Under the pieces are notes generated by a model, which was not told the origin of the DNA, ran no database searches, and was given only the letters and a program-made list of their open reading frames with translations. Shown one piece after another: positions 9,411-19,682 of a stretch of DNA of 64,000 bases. Source of the DNA: Spirochaetia bacterium (GTDB lineage: Bacteria > Spirochaetota > Spirochaetia > SZUA-6 > Bin103). Made by a program: the position numbers and the translations under genes. The stretch's first letter is position 1, and every line of letters begins with the position of its first letter. Location of the stretch: assembly GCA_965208575.1 (NCBI GenBank), contig CBDBOV010000001.1:384001-448000 (forward strand), in the 5' to 3' direction.

Positions 9411-10901
9411 ATGCATATCCTGGCCGTGGACCAGAGCACCGCGTCCACCAAGGGGGTGGTGTTCGACGAGCAGGGCATGGTCGTGGCGCGGGCGGCGCGG
9501 CCCCACCGGCAGCATCACCCGCGGCCGGACTGGGCCGAGCACGATGCGGAGGAGATCTACCGCAACGTCGTCGCGGTGATCCGAGACCTGGTCCAGGGCG
9601 CGGTGGAAGCCCGGTCGCTTGCCGGTCTGGCCATCACCAACCAGCGCGAGACCGTGGTGGTCTGGGACCGGAGCAACGGCCGTCCCGTGCACGCGGCGAT
9701 CGTGTGGCAATGCATGCGCGGCGCCGAGGTGTGCCGCGAACTGCGCGCGGCGGGGCTCGAAGAGCTGTTCCGGCAGCGCACCGGGCTGCTCCTGGATCCG
9801 TTCTTTTCCGCGAGCAAGATACGCTGGGTGCTGGAGCACGTACCCGGCGCCCGCCAGAAGGCCGAAGCAGGCGAGCTGCTGGCCGGCACCATCGACAGTT
9901 GGCTGGTGTGGAAGCTCACCGGCGGCGGTGTGCACGCCACCGACCTCTCCAATGCGAGCCGTACGCTCCTGTTGGACATACGGCAGCGCCGGTGGGATCC
10001 CGAGCTGTGTGCGCACTTCGCCATTCCCGTCGAGATGCTGCCCGAGCTGGTTCCCTCCAGCGGGCTGCTCGGCGAAACGACCGCGGAGGGTGCGCTGCCG
10101 GCGCCGGTACCGATTGCCGGCATCGCCGGCGACTCGCATGCCGCGCTGTTCGGCCAGCGCTGTTTCTCTCCCGGTGACGTGAAGGTGACCGTGGGCACCG
10201 GCTCCTCGATCATGATGAACGTGGGCGGCCAGGTGCGTGATTCCGGCCCCGGGCTGGTCAGCTCGATCGGGTTCGGGCTCGGGGACCGTGTCGACTACGT
10301 GCTCGAGGGCAACGTGCACGCGGCCGGCGACACCGTGCAATGGCTGATCGACGGACTGGAGCTGTTCGACGGCATCGACACGATCGAGCGGCTGGCCGGC
10401 TCGGTAGCCGGCAGCGGCGGGGTGTACCTGGTGCCGGCGTTCAGCGGCTTGGGGGCGCCCTGGTGGGACAATGGCGCCACCGCCGTGCTGGCCGGCATGA
10501 GCCGCGAGACCACCCGCGCGCACGTCGCGCGCGCCGCCGAAGAGAGCATCGCCTTCCAGGTGCGCGACGTGCTGGAGGCGGCGTGCGCGGCGGTGGGCGC
10601 CCGACTGGCCGACCTGCAGCCGCGCTTCGACGGCGGCGGCAGCGAGAGCGACTTCCTGATGCAGACCCTGGCGGATCTGATCGGGGTGCCGCTGTTGGCG
10701 GCGCCGCACCAGGACATGTCGGCGCTCGGCGCGGCTCTGCTGGCCGGCCTGGCGACCGGGTTGTGGCAGGACCCGGGCCGGATCGGTGAGCTTCCCTTCG
10801 CCCCGCGCCGCTTCCAGCCCGCGCTGGCGGCCGGCGAGCGGGAGCAGCGCTACGCGGACTGGCTGCACGCCGTGCGGCGCGCCAGGTTGCGCCCGGCGTA
10901 G
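9411..10901 (+). CDS. aplK: FGGY (glycerol-kinase-like) carbohydrate kinase, probable apulose kinase
   Basis: DQSTASTK, ITNQRET, GTIDSWL, NASRT, GDSHAALFGQ, PAFSGLGAPWW. Confidence 0.78.
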   Translation: MHILAVDQSTASTKGVVFDEQGMVVARAARPHRQHHPRPDWAEHDAEEIYRNVVAVIRDLVQGAVEARSLAGLAITNQRETVVVWDRSNGRPVHAAIVWQCMRGAEVCRELRAAGLEELFRQRTGLLLDPFFSASKIRWVLEHVPGARQKAEAGELLAGTIDSWLVWKLTGGGVHATDLSNASRTLLLDIRQRRWDPELCAHFAIPVEMLPELVPSSGLLGETTAEGALPAPVPIAGIAGDSHAALFGQRCFSPGDVKVTVGTGSSIMMNVGGQVRDSGPGLVSSIGFGLGDRVDYVLEGNVHAAGDTVQWLIDGLELFDGIDTIERLAGSVAGSGGVYLVPAFSGLGAPWWDNGATAVLAGMSRETTRAHVARAAEESIAFQVRDVLEAACAAVGARLADLQPRFDGGGSESDFLMQTLADLIGVPLLAAPHQDMSALGAALLAGLATGLWQDPGRIGELPFAPRRFQPALAAGEREQRYADWLHAVRRARLRPA

Positions 10902-10961
10902 AGTCGCGCGCACGTCCCCTGTTCGGCGGTCGCTGGCAGTGGCGAAAGGCAAAGAGAACGC

Positions 10962-10990
10962 TTGACATCGAAAGCAGTCGAGCCTATGGT
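10962..10990 (+). promoter_or_regulatory. sigma70-type promoter of the sugar ABC operon
   Basis: TTGACA-17 bp-TATGGT, then RBS AGGAGG before the ATG at 11017. Confidence 0.7.
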
Positions 10991-11016
10991 CGTCCGATCA
11001 TCGTTAGGAGGTGTGT

Positions 11017-12342
11017 ATGATCAAACGAAGTCTCGTATTCGTTTTGGTGCTTTCGGTCGCGGCGGGGATGGGCTTTGCAGCCCCCGCGGACGAGTCAGGC
11101 TCGAGCGCCGAGGAGTTGACGTATTGGTACGCGGGCACGGACGCAGAGGTCGCGTTCGTACAAGCGGCCGTGGACGAGTACAACGCTCAGTCCAGCGGCC
11201 CGGTCATCAACATGGTCGAACGCCCGGACAGCAACGAGGCGATGGCGACCGCGATCGCCGGAGGTCAGGGGCCGGACATCATGCATTACAACCACAACAC
11301 CGTGTGGTTCTTCGGCCTGGATTCAATCTATGACCTGAAGGAGTTCGTGCTCGACGGCGAGATCGGGCTGGACTCGGGGTCGTTCATGCCGGCTCCGCGC
11401 ATGTCGGTGAACTACGGCGGCCAAGTGATCGCGTTGCCGATCTCGTTCGGCCTTGGAGCGGTGATGTACAACGCCCGGCTGGTCGAGGAGGCGGGGCTTG
11501 ATGCGAGCGATCCGCCGCAGACGTGGGCCGAATTCGAAGAGTGGGCGCAGGCGCTGACGATTCGCGAAGGCGAGGAGACGGTTCAGTGGGGCGTGACGGT
11601 GGACTCGGTGGACTGGCTGCTGCAGGAAGTGATGTTCGCGAACGGCGGCGACTGGAACAACGACGACATGTCCGAGTACGCACCGTTCAAGGAAGAGCTG
11701 ATCGGAGGAGTGGCCTGGATCGATCGACTGGTCAACGAACTGGAGGTGATGCCGATCCCGCGCGGGGTTACCTGGACAGGAACGTCGCAGATGCTCGCCG
11801 GCGAACAGGGCTTCGAGAACGAGACGATCGCGATGAAGATCGGCTACAGCGGGTTTGCCGATGAGATGGCGGTAAATCCCGATCTCCGCATCGGGCTGTT
11901 TCCGATTCCGCGCGGCCCGATGGCGGGCGACACGGTCCGGATCAGCACCGGCTACAACGGACTGCACGTGATGTTCAACTCCGCCGATCCGCGCGAGAGC
12001 TACCTGTTCGCCAAGTGGATGGTGGAGAACAAGGCAGCCGACCTGGCGGCCCTCACCACCAGTTTCCCGGCGTACGCCGGCAACCTGGACAGCTATCGGA
12101 ACGATCCCACCTTTGCTGCGATGGTGGATCACCTGCTGATGAGCCCGGTGCGGCGGTTTCACGTCTTTCCGGCGCGCCTCGACGTACGCTCACAAGAACC
12201 TGCCGTCGTGGAGAATGTCCTTCTTGGCCGCATGACTCCGCGCGAGTCTGTGGAGAACTTCAAGGAGCATGCCACGCGCGTGTTCGCCGAGAACCGCATG
12301 GAGCTCGACGAGTTCATCTCGATTCAGGAGCCGGTCTGGTAG
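11017..12342 (+). CDS. carbohydrate ABC transporter substrate-binding protein (family 1)
   Basis: Signal peptide; GQGPDI, MYNARLVEEAGLD, PPQTWAE. Confidence 0.9.
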   Translation: MIKRSLVFVLVLSVAAGMGFAAPADESGSSAEELTYWYAGTDAEVAFVQAAVDEYNAQSSGPVINMVERPDSNEAMATAIAGGQGPDIMHYNHNTVWFFGLDSIYDLKEFVLDGEIGLDSGSFMPAPRMSVNYGGQVIALPISFGLGAVMYNARLVEEAGLDASDPPQTWAEFEEWAQALTIREGEETVQWGVTVDSVDWLLQEVMFANGGDWNNDDMSEYAPFKEELIGGVAWIDRLVNELEVMPIPRGVTWTGTSQMLAGEQGFENETIAMKIGYSGFADEMAVNPDLRIGLFPIPRGPMAGDTVRISTGYNGLHVMFNSADPRESYLFAKWMVENKAADLAALTTSFPAYAGNLDSYRNDPTFAAMVDHLLMSPVRRFHVFPARLDVRSQEPAVVENVLLGRMTPRESVENFKEHATRVFAENRMELDEFISIQEPVW

Positions 12343-12438
12343 GCGCTCATCGTCTTGCAGGAGCGAGATGACGAAACTCGGCGCCTGTCCGTGTCCATGA
12401 GCGCGGGCAGGCGCCTTCGTACGTAAGGAGATTGGACC

Positions 12439-13365
12439 GTGCACAGCGGAGCCGGTCAGACCGCGCTGGCAGCGCATCAACGTTCAGGGCTTACCGCGAG
12501 GCGCCAGGAAATGATCTTCGGAATCCTGTTTGCGGCTCCCGTGGTACTGCACCTGGTCATCTTCAAGTACTACCCCGTGCTCTATTCCATCGGCCTCAGT
12601 CTCTACCGGGGATCGCTGCTGGACCCGTTTCAGAAGTTCTTCGGGTTGGGGAACTACCTGTTCGTGCTGCGCAACGAATACGCCATTCGCGGCTTCCTGA
12701 ACACCTTTCTGTATGGGGCGATGTACGTTCCCGGCACCGTCGTGCTGGGCATCATATTGGGCCTGCTGGTGTCCAAGGAGCGCGTCGGCAAGAGCATCTT
12801 CCGGGTAGCCTACTATACGCCGGTGGTGGTCTCCATCGTGGCCGCCGTGCAGGTCTGGTCGTGGGTGCTCAGTCCGAACAACTACGGCCTGGCGAACACG
12901 GTCCTGACAGCCGTGGGTCTCCCGGCCCTGGAGTGGTTCTATCACCCGACAACCGCGATGGCGTCCGTGGCGGTGCTGGGATTCTGGAGTGTCGGGCTCA
13001 ACATGCTCATCTTCCTCGCCGCTATCAAGAACATTCCCGCCCAGCTCTACGAGTCCGCCACCGTGGACGGCGCCGGCCCCTGGCGGATGTTCTGGCGAAT
13101 CACGATCCCGTTGCTGATGCCCACAATCTACTTCGTGACGATCACCTCCACGATCCTGTCGCTGCGGCTGTTCGAGCCGATCCTGCTGCTGACCGGCGGC
13201 GGCCCGTTGAACTCGACCACTACCGTTTCCTTTCAGATCTACGAGCAGGCATTTCAGTTTGCGCGCTGGGGCCGGGCGTCGGCACAGGCGGCGATCTTCT
13301 TCGTCATCGTGCTCGGCATCACCATCGTGCAGTACCGGGTGCTGCCGGAGTCGTACGAGAAGTAG
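12439..13365 (+). CDS. carbohydrate ABC transporter permease
   Basis: Six hydrophobic segments; EAA-loop LYESATVDGAG..RMFWRITIPLL. Confidence 0.92.
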   Translation: MHSGAGQTALAAHQRSGLTARRQEMIFGILFAAPVVLHLVIFKYYPVLYSIGLSLYRGSLLDPFQKFFGLGNYLFVLRNEYAIRGFLNTFLYGAMYVPGTVVLGIILGLLVSKERVGKSIFRVAYYTPVVVSIVAAVQVWSWVLSPNNYGLANTVLTAVGLPALEWFYHPTTAMASVAVLGFWSVGLNMLIFLAAIKNIPAQLYESATVDGAGPWRMFWRITIPLLMPTIYFVTITSTILSLRLFEPILLLTGGGPLNSTTTVSFQIYEQAFQFARWGRASAQAAIFFVIVLGITIVQYRVLPESYEK

Positions 13366-13381
13366 GAACGGAAGCAGGCAG

Positions 13382-14227
13382 ATGTATCAGAACCGGGTTT
13401 ACGTACTCAAGAGGCGTCTCAATGCCCTGGTGTGGTATCTCCTGTGCGTGATGTTCCTGTTCTTCTTCGTCGGCCCGTTCGTGTGGATGGTGACGACGTC
13501 GTTCAAGGCTCCCGCCGACATCATCCGCTTCCCGCCGCGGCTGTTTCCGGAGCTCTGGGTGGTCGACAACTACGTGACCATGTGGAACGAGCTGAACTGG
13601 CTGCCGATGTTCGCAAACAGTTTCTGGATCACCGGAGTGAGCGTCTTCCTGCTGGTGATGGTGAGCGCGCTCGGCGGGTTTTCGTTCGCCAAGATGCGCT
13701 GGCCGCTGCGCACGTTCTGCTTCCTGCTGATCATCGCCGGCCTCATCGTGCCGACCGAGGTGGACATGATACCGCGCTTCCTGATGATGACCAGTTGGGG
13801 GCTCACCGGCACCTACATTCCGGTGATCCTGCTGATCATCGGCCAGGGCTTCCAGACGTTCATGATCCGGCAGTTCATCGGCACCATTCCGGACGACTAC
13901 TTCGACGCGGCGAAGGTCGACGGGATGGGCTACGTGTGGATGTTCGTGAAGATCGTGCTGCCGCTGTCCAAGGCGGGAGTGATCACGATGGCGATCTTCT
14001 CCACGTTCATGGTGTGGAACCAGTACGTCTATCCGCTCATCTACCTCACCAAGCCGCACCAGTTCACGCTGCAACTCGGTCTTGGTCTGCTGCAGCAGCG
14101 CCTCGTCGGCCAGTTCGGGCCGCTGATGGCGGCCGCTACCATGGTCAGCATCCCGACGCTCATCATCTACCTGATGTTCCAGCAGCGCCTGACCAGCGGC
14201 ATCGCCATGACCGGCGTAAAGGGTTAG
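13382..14227 (+). CDS. carbohydrate ABC transporter permease
   Basis: IPDDYFDAAKVDG, WNQYVYPL; start at MYQNRV. Confidence 0.92.
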   Translation: MYQNRVYVLKRRLNALVWYLLCVMFLFFFVGPFVWMVTTSFKAPADIIRFPPRLFPELWVVDNYVTMWNELNWLPMFANSFWITGVSVFLLVMVSALGGFSFAKMRWPLRTFCFLLIIAGLIVPTEVDMIPRFLMMTSWGLTGTYIPVILLIIGQGFQTFMIRQFIGTIPDDYFDAAKVDGMGYVWMFVKIVLPLSKAGVITMAIFSTFMVWNQYVYPLIYLTKPHQFTLQLGLGLLQQRLVGQFGPLMAAATMVSIPTLIIYLMFQQRLTSGIAMTGVKG

Positions 14228-14270
14228 CCAACTGGGAATCCTGTCCCCTCCTTCGGCAGCGCGTATCCTC

Positions 14271-15281
14271 GTGATCGGCGGTACCGGCATTATCAGCACG
14301 GGAATCAGCCGCCTGTTGATTGACCAGGGTCACGAGGTAGTTCTCTACAATCGAGGTCGGAGACACTCTCAGGTTGAGGGCCGCTACACGACCATGAGCG
14401 GTGATCGCAAGGCGTTCGCCGCATTCGAGAAGCAGATGGCGGAAGCAGGTACGTTCGACTGTGTAATCGACATGGTCTGCTATCTGCCGGCAGAGGCGGA
14501 AAGCGCCATTCGTGCCTTCCGGGGCCGCACCGCACAGTACGTGTTTTGCAGCACGGTCGATGTCTATACCAAGCCTGCCGCAGCCTATCCGATCACCGAG
14601 GCCGCCGAAAAGCTACCCTCGGAAAAGTTTGCGTACGGCTACAACAAGGCCCGTTGTGAGGAGTTGCTCTTTGCGGCCCACGAACGCGGCGACCTGGTGG
14701 TGACCAGCATCCGCCCCGGGCACACCTACGGTGAAGGCGGGAACAATCTCCTGCATGCGCTCGGCCGGGGCACCTATCACGTGGACCGCTTGAAGAAGCG
14801 GCAGCCCATCATTGTTCACGGCGACGGGAGGTCGTTCTGGCCAACCTGCCACCGGGATGACGTGGCGGTGGCCTTTGCAGGCGCCGTTGGCAACGCGAAA
14901 GCCTACGGGCGCGGATATCACGTGGCCGGCGAGGAATGGATGACGTGGGAAGGGTACCATCAAGGCCTCGCGAACGCGATCGGCGCCGAACCGCCGGAGT
15001 TTGTCTACATTCCCACCGACGCACTGGTGCGCATGGCGCCCGAGCAGGCCAGCTTGACGGAGGTCAACTTCAGCTACAACAACCTGTTCGACAACACGGC
15101 GGCCAGGCAGGATCTCGGCTTCCGCGTGACCATCGCCTGGGTTGAGGGCGCCCGCCGGACGATCGAGTGGCTGCAGGACCACGGCCAACTCGACAGCAGT
15201 GACGATTTTCCTTTTTACGATCAGATCATTGATACTTGGCGGAAGGCCACGGGCAACCTGACAGATCTCGGAGACCGATGA
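14271..15281 (+). CDS. NAD-dependent epimerase/dehydratase family protein (start uncertain)
   Basis: (RIL)VIGGTGIIS, YNRG, CSTVDVY, YGYNK, IRPGHTYG. Confidence 0.85.
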   Translation: MIGGTGIISTGISRLLIDQGHEVVLYNRGRRHSQVEGRYTTMSGDRKAFAAFEKQMAEAGTFDCVIDMVCYLPAEAESAIRAFRGRTAQYVFCSTVDVYTKPAAAYPITEAAEKLPSEKFAYGYNKARCEELLFAAHERGDLVVTSIRPGHTYGEGGNNLLHALGRGTYHVDRLKKRQPIIVHGDGRSFWPTCHRDDVAVAFAGAVGNAKAYGRGYHVAGEEWMTWEGYHQGLANAIGAEPPEFVYIPTDALVRMAPEQASLTEVNFSYNNLFDNTAARQDLGFRVTIAWVEGARRTIEWLQDHGQLDSSDDFPFYDQIIDTWRKATGNLTDLGDR

Positions 15282-15398
15282 ACCGGAGCTCCCCCGCGAA
15301 GAGCGTCACAGTGACATGATGCCTTACGGTTAGCCATCGGTGGCGCCGGCGGAGCCGCCGACTTGGGCCGCCCGCGCCGCCGTCGAAAAGGAGAAACG

Positions 15399-15806
15399 AT
15401 GATCCGCAAGCTGTCATTCGCCGTCCCCGGTCAGGGTCTGCACGAGTGCACGCGGCAGGTCGAAGAAGCGGTAGCAGCGGCCGGTCTGAACGAAGGCCTG
15501 TGTACGATCTTCCTCCGACACACATCCGCCAGCCTCACGATCCAGGAGAACGCGGACCCGTCCGCGCGCCACGACCTCGAGCGCTGGCTGAACCGCTTGG
15601 TCCCCGAGGACGATCCGATCTACACACACACGGCCGAGGGCCCGGATGACATGCCGAGCCACATCAAGGCGGCGCTGACCGCGACATCGCTGGCGATTCC
15701 GATCGTCGACGGCCGACTCGCACTCGGAACGTGGCAGGGGATCTACCTCTGGGAACACCGCCGCACGGGTGGCCATCGCCAACTCGTGCTTCACTTCGCG
15801 CCGTAA
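15399..15806 (+). CDS. yjbQ: YjbQ/UPF0047 secondary thiamine-phosphate synthase family protein
   Basis: HTSASLTIQENADP, EGPDDMPSHIK, LGTWQGIYLWEHR; RBS AAGGAG. Confidence 0.92.
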   Translation: MIRKLSFAVPGQGLHECTRQVEEAVAAAGLNEGLCTIFLRHTSASLTIQENADPSARHDLERWLNRLVPEDDPIYTHTAEGPDDMPSHIKAALTATSLAIPIVDGRLALGTWQGIYLWEHRRTGGHRQLVLHFAP

Positions 15807-15845
15807 CCCCGCATCCAGGCGGTTCGCGATACGTCCGGAAGCGGG

Positions 15846-17216
15846 TTATCGCTCCCAGGGCGGGGTGGAGCGCTCGCCCCACTCGAAGGCGTCGAGACGG
15901 GCGCGCAGGCGCTGCAGGTCGGCGGCGTAGGCGGGATCGTCGATCAGGTTGCGGGTCTCGGCCGGGTCGGCGGCGAGGTCGAACAGTTGCTCCGGCCAGC
16001 CCTTTCCCAGGAACCGGAAATACTTGAGGTCGTCGACCTTGACCATCTCGGAGGGGCCGTTGAGTTCGTGGTACAGCTCGCAGTACGCCTCGTTGAGCCA
16101 GCCGTCCGCGTTGCCCTCCATCAGCGGCACCAGCGAGCGCCCGTCCAGGCCGTCGGGGGTCGGGAGGCCGGCGATGTCGCACAGGGTGGGAAACAGGTCG
16201 ACCAGCGACACATTGTGGGTCACGGTGCGCGGACCGCCGGCAACGCGGCCCGGCGCGGTGATGCTGAACGGCACCCGCGCGGAGGCCTCGAAGAACTGCT
16301 GCTTCTCCCACAGCCCCTTCTGGCCGAGCATCTCGCCGTGGTCGCTCAGGAACACGATCACGAAGTCGTCGAGCACGTTCAGATCCTCCAGCTTGGCCAC
16401 CACGCGGCCGTACTGGCGGTCCACCAGCTCGATCATGCCGTAGTAGGCGGCGGTGGCGCGGTGCGCTTCGCGCCAGGTTACGTCCTCGCCCACCTTGACC
16501 TTGAAGAAGTCGTCGCAGTCGAACTGCTCGGGCAGATCCTCCACGTTGGGCTCGACGCGGCGCAGGTAGTGTCTGAACAGGTCCTCCGGGCACTGGTAGG
16601 GGTAGTGCGGGCTGTTCAGGCTCACCGCCAGCATCAGCGGCCCCTCGCCGGGGCGGTCGTAGGGTTCGCCCACGAAGTACTCGTCCAGGTACAGCAGCGC
16701 CCCGTCGACCGTGTACAGGTCCTGCTCCATGTGCAGGCCCCTGCCCACGCGGGCGTTGGTGATCTCCTTGATGGTAGGCCACTTGCCGGTGCCCTGCACG
16801 TGCGGGCGGGCGGCGCTCAGGTGCGGCTCGCCGGTGCGCCGCGTGCTGAACTCGATGTTGCGTCCGATCCGCTCCCGCCAGCCGTGCATCTGGTCGCGCC
16901 CGACGAAGTGCATCTTGCCTGCGCAGGTGGGGTTGTAGCCGTAGTTGGCGAAGTGCTCCGGTATGGTGAGCACGTCGCTCGGCAGCGGCGTGTCGAAGCC
17001 GGTGCAGCCGCTGCGGCGCGCGTACAGCCCGGTCAGAAAGCTCTGCCGCGCCGGCACGCACACCGGCGCCGGCGTGTACGCCGACCGAAAGTAGGTGCCC
17101 TGCCCGATGATCCGGTCCAGGGTGGGCATGCGGATGTGCGGGTTGCCCTCTGCGGTCATCACGTCGGGCCGATGCTCGTCGTCGATCAGCAGGAGAATGT
17201 GGGGGTGGTCGCTCAT
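15846..17216 (-). CDS. formylglycine-dependent sulfatase (choline-sulfatase-like)
   Basis: DEH, CVPARQSFLTG (CxPxR), GKMH, PHYP, SDHG. Confidence 0.93.
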   Translation of the reverse strand: MSDHPHILLLIDDEHRPDVMTAEGNPHIRMPTLDRIIGQGTYFRSAYTPAPVCVPARQSFLTGLYARRSGCTGFDTPLPSDVLTIPEHFANYGYNPTCAGKMHFVGRDQMHGWRERIGRNIEFSTRRTGEPHLSAARPHVQGTGKWPTIKEITNARVGRGLHMEQDLYTVDGALLYLDEYFVGEPYDRPGEGPLMLAVSLNSPHYPYQCPEDLFRHYLRRVEPNVEDLPEQFDCDDFFKVKVGEDVTWREAHRATAAYYGMIELVDRQYGRVVAKLEDLNVLDDFVIVFLSDHGEMLGQKGLWEKQQFFEASARVPFSITAPGRVAGGPRTVTHNVSLVDLFPTLCDIAGLPTPDGLDGRSLVPLMEGNADGWLNEAYCELYHELNGPSEMVKVDDLKYFRFLGKGWPEQLFDLAADPAETRNLIDDPAYAADLQRLRARLDAFEWGERSTPPWER

Positions 17217-17471
17217 GATTGCCGCCTTGCTTTGGGTGCTGTTGCGGGCCGATGGTTTCACTCCCGGACCGGCGCGTCAACGCCGAGGCTGTCGATGGCG
17301 CACCACGGCGGCAGGTAGCACGGGCTGCGCCGCTTCAGTTCAGGCGCCCAGCCCCGCTGCCTCGAAGAGATCGGATACGGGGCCGTGAGTCCCGCCAACA
17401 GGGCCGATCTCGCGAGGCCGCCGCGCGCATGCACGCCGTGTTCCGCGCAGGTGTCGCCCGCGGACGCTTCA

Positions 17472-17501
17472 TTGACAGCCCCGGCATGGCGCAATTAGGC
17501 T
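17472..17501 (+). promoter_or_regulatory. sigma70-type promoter
   Basis: TTGACA-18 bp-TAGGCT upstream of RBS AGGAGG and the ATG at 17530. Confidence 0.55.
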
Positions 17502-17529
17502 CAGGGACTTACTACAGGAGGGACGCATA

Positions 17530-19569
17530 ATGATCGACAGACGATTGCTCGCCGCTGCCATCGGGCTGGCGTTGGCGCCGTGGCTGGCGCTGGCCGGAGG
17601 CGCCGAGGAGACCGCCGCGACAACCGAGGCCGACACCGCCGCCGCGGCCGCGCCGATGGCTGAGATTGAGGGCCTGGTGCCGGACATGGTGAACTTCTTC
17701 ACCACCGTGACCGAGTACGAGCAGGCGACCGGCAACCGCATCGCCAGCTTCCAGGAGGCGCCGATGCTGGCCGCGCTGGTCAAAGCCGGCGAGTTGCCGC
17801 CGCTGGAGGAGCGCATGCCGCCCGACCCGATGGTGATCGTGCCGCTGGAGAGCGTGGGCACCTACGGCGGCAGCCTGCGCCACGGTGCGCTGAGCCCGGT
17901 GACCGCCGGCGCCGAGTCGTGGACCGCGCGCACCCAGCCGCTGCTGATGGTGCACCCGAGCCTGCAGGCGATCGCCCCCAACGCCGCCACCGGCTGGGAC
18001 TGGAACGACGACTTCTCCGAGCTCACCGTGCACCTGCGCCCCGGCCTGCGCTGGAGCGACGGCGACCCGCTGACCGCCGACGACTTCACCTTCTGGTACG
18101 AGGAATTCCTGGGCAACGAGCAACTGGTGGCGTCGCGTCCCGCTTCGTGGCGTCTCCTGGACGCCCTGGAGCGCGTCGACGACCACACCGTGCGCCTGAC
18201 GTTCAGCAGGGCTTACCCGAGCGTGCTCAACATTCTCGGCACCGAAGCGCGCCGCTATCACGAGGTGCCGTTCCTGCCCTCCCACTTCCTGGCGCAGTTC
18301 CACGTCGACCACAACCCGGACGCGGCCGACCTGGCCAAGGCCGAGGGGCACGAGAGTTGGGCGCAACTGTTCCTGAGCAAGTGGCCGGTGGACGTGCAGC
18401 AGCGCATGGATCCGGCGATTCCCACCATCGACCCGTGGACCATGGTGGAAGTGGACGAGCTCGGCAACAAGTTCTTCTCCCGCAACCCCTACTACTGGAA
18501 GGTCGACACCGCCGGCAACCAGCTCCCCTACATCGACACCCAGGATCGCCTGCTGCACGAGAACCTGGAGGCGGTCACCTCCAAGATCATCGCCGGCGAG
18601 CTGGACTACGCGCTGCAGTTCACCACCATGGACAACTTCCCGCTCTACAAGGAGCACGAGGAGCGCGGCAACTACCGCACCAACCTCTGGTACGACGGCC
18701 GCGGCAACGTGATGCTGGCGATCCGGCCCAATTTCAACCACCGGGACCCGGTGATGCGTGAGCTGTTCCAGGAGCTTCGGTTCCGCGAGGCGCTGTCGGT
18801 CTCCCTGGACCGCGACGAGATCAACGAGGTGATCTGGCGTGGCTTGGCCACTCCGCGTGCCGCCACCGTCGATCCCACGGTGAGCTTCTACCAGCCGTGG
18901 ATGGGCTCCAATTTCATCGAGTACGACGTGGAACGCGCCAACGCGATTCTGGACGAGCTGGGCCTGGCCTGGGACGACCGGCAGGAGTTCCGCCTGCGTT
19001 CCGACGGCGACACGCTATCCATCCACATCGACTACTACCAGTTGGAAGAGAAGATGGAAGTGGGCGTGGAGCTGATCAAGCAGTTCTGGGAGGAGATCGG
19101 CATCAAGGTGGGAACCCGGGCCGTGGACGGGCCGCTGTTTGGGCAGCGCCGCAGGGCCGGCGAGCTGGACGTGTTCATCTGGAACTTCGACCAGACCACC
19201 GAGATCGGCTTTCACGGCCGCCCGACGTTCGCCATGCCGCCATTGGACAACGCCGTGGACTGGAACGCCTGGGTGGAGTCCGGGGGCGAGCAGGGCGAGC
19301 AGCCGCCGGCCGAGGTGACCCGCTGGATGGAGCTGGCCGAGGAGTTTCAGCAGTACCCGATGGGGCATCCGCGCTACATGGAAATCGGCACGGAGCTGCT
19401 CACCGTGGCATCCAACAACCTGTGGGACATCGGCATCGCCGGCATCACGCCCAAGCCGATGACCGTCAAGGCCAACCTGCGCAACGTGAAGGGCGACGGC
19501 GGCCTGTTCATCTACTCCTACCGCTTCTGGATGATCTATCACCCGGAGCAGTGGTATTACGAGCAGTAA
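17530..19569 (+). CDS. ABC transporter substrate-binding protein, family 5 (oligosaccharide-type subgroup)
   Basis: EAPMLAALVKAGELPPLEERMP, GTYGG, WSDGDPLTADD, RNPYYWKVDTAGNQLPYID. Confidence 0.93.
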   Translation: MIDRRLLAAAIGLALAPWLALAGGAEETAATTEADTAAAAAPMAEIEGLVPDMVNFFTTVTEYEQATGNRIASFQEAPMLAALVKAGELPPLEERMPPDPMVIVPLESVGTYGGSLRHGALSPVTAGAESWTARTQPLLMVHPSLQAIAPNAATGWDWNDDFSELTVHLRPGLRWSDGDPLTADDFTFWYEEFLGNEQLVASRPASWRLLDALERVDDHTVRLTFSRAYPSVLNILGTEARRYHEVPFLPSHFLAQFHVDHNPDAADLAKAEGHESWAQLFLSKWPVDVQQRMDPAIPTIDPWTMVEVDELGNKFFSRNPYYWKVDTAGNQLPYIDTQDRLLHENLEAVTSKIIAGELDYALQFTTMDNFPLYKEHEERGNYRTNLWYDGRGNVMLAIRPNFNHRDPVMRELFQELRFREALSVSLDRDEINEVIWRGLATPRAATVDPTVSFYQPWMGSNFIEYDVERANAILDELGLAWDDRQEFRLRSDGDTLSIHIDYYQLEEKMEVGVELIKQFWEEIGIKVGTRAVDGPLFGQRRRAGELDVFIWNFDQTTEIGFHGRPTFAMPPLDNAVDWNAWVESGGEQGEQPPAEVTRWMELAEEFQQYPMGHPRYMEIGTELLTVASNNLWDIGIAGITPKPMTVKANLRNVKGDGGLFIYSYRFWMIYHPEQWYYEQ

Positions 19570-19682
19570 TCCGCCGCCGGTGACCCGCCGGCGCCCGCCT
19601 CCGTGCGCCGCACCGGCACGCGCGGTGCGGGCGGCTGGCGGGCGCCGCTGCGGTACGAGACCCTGACCACGCCGCCGCACCG

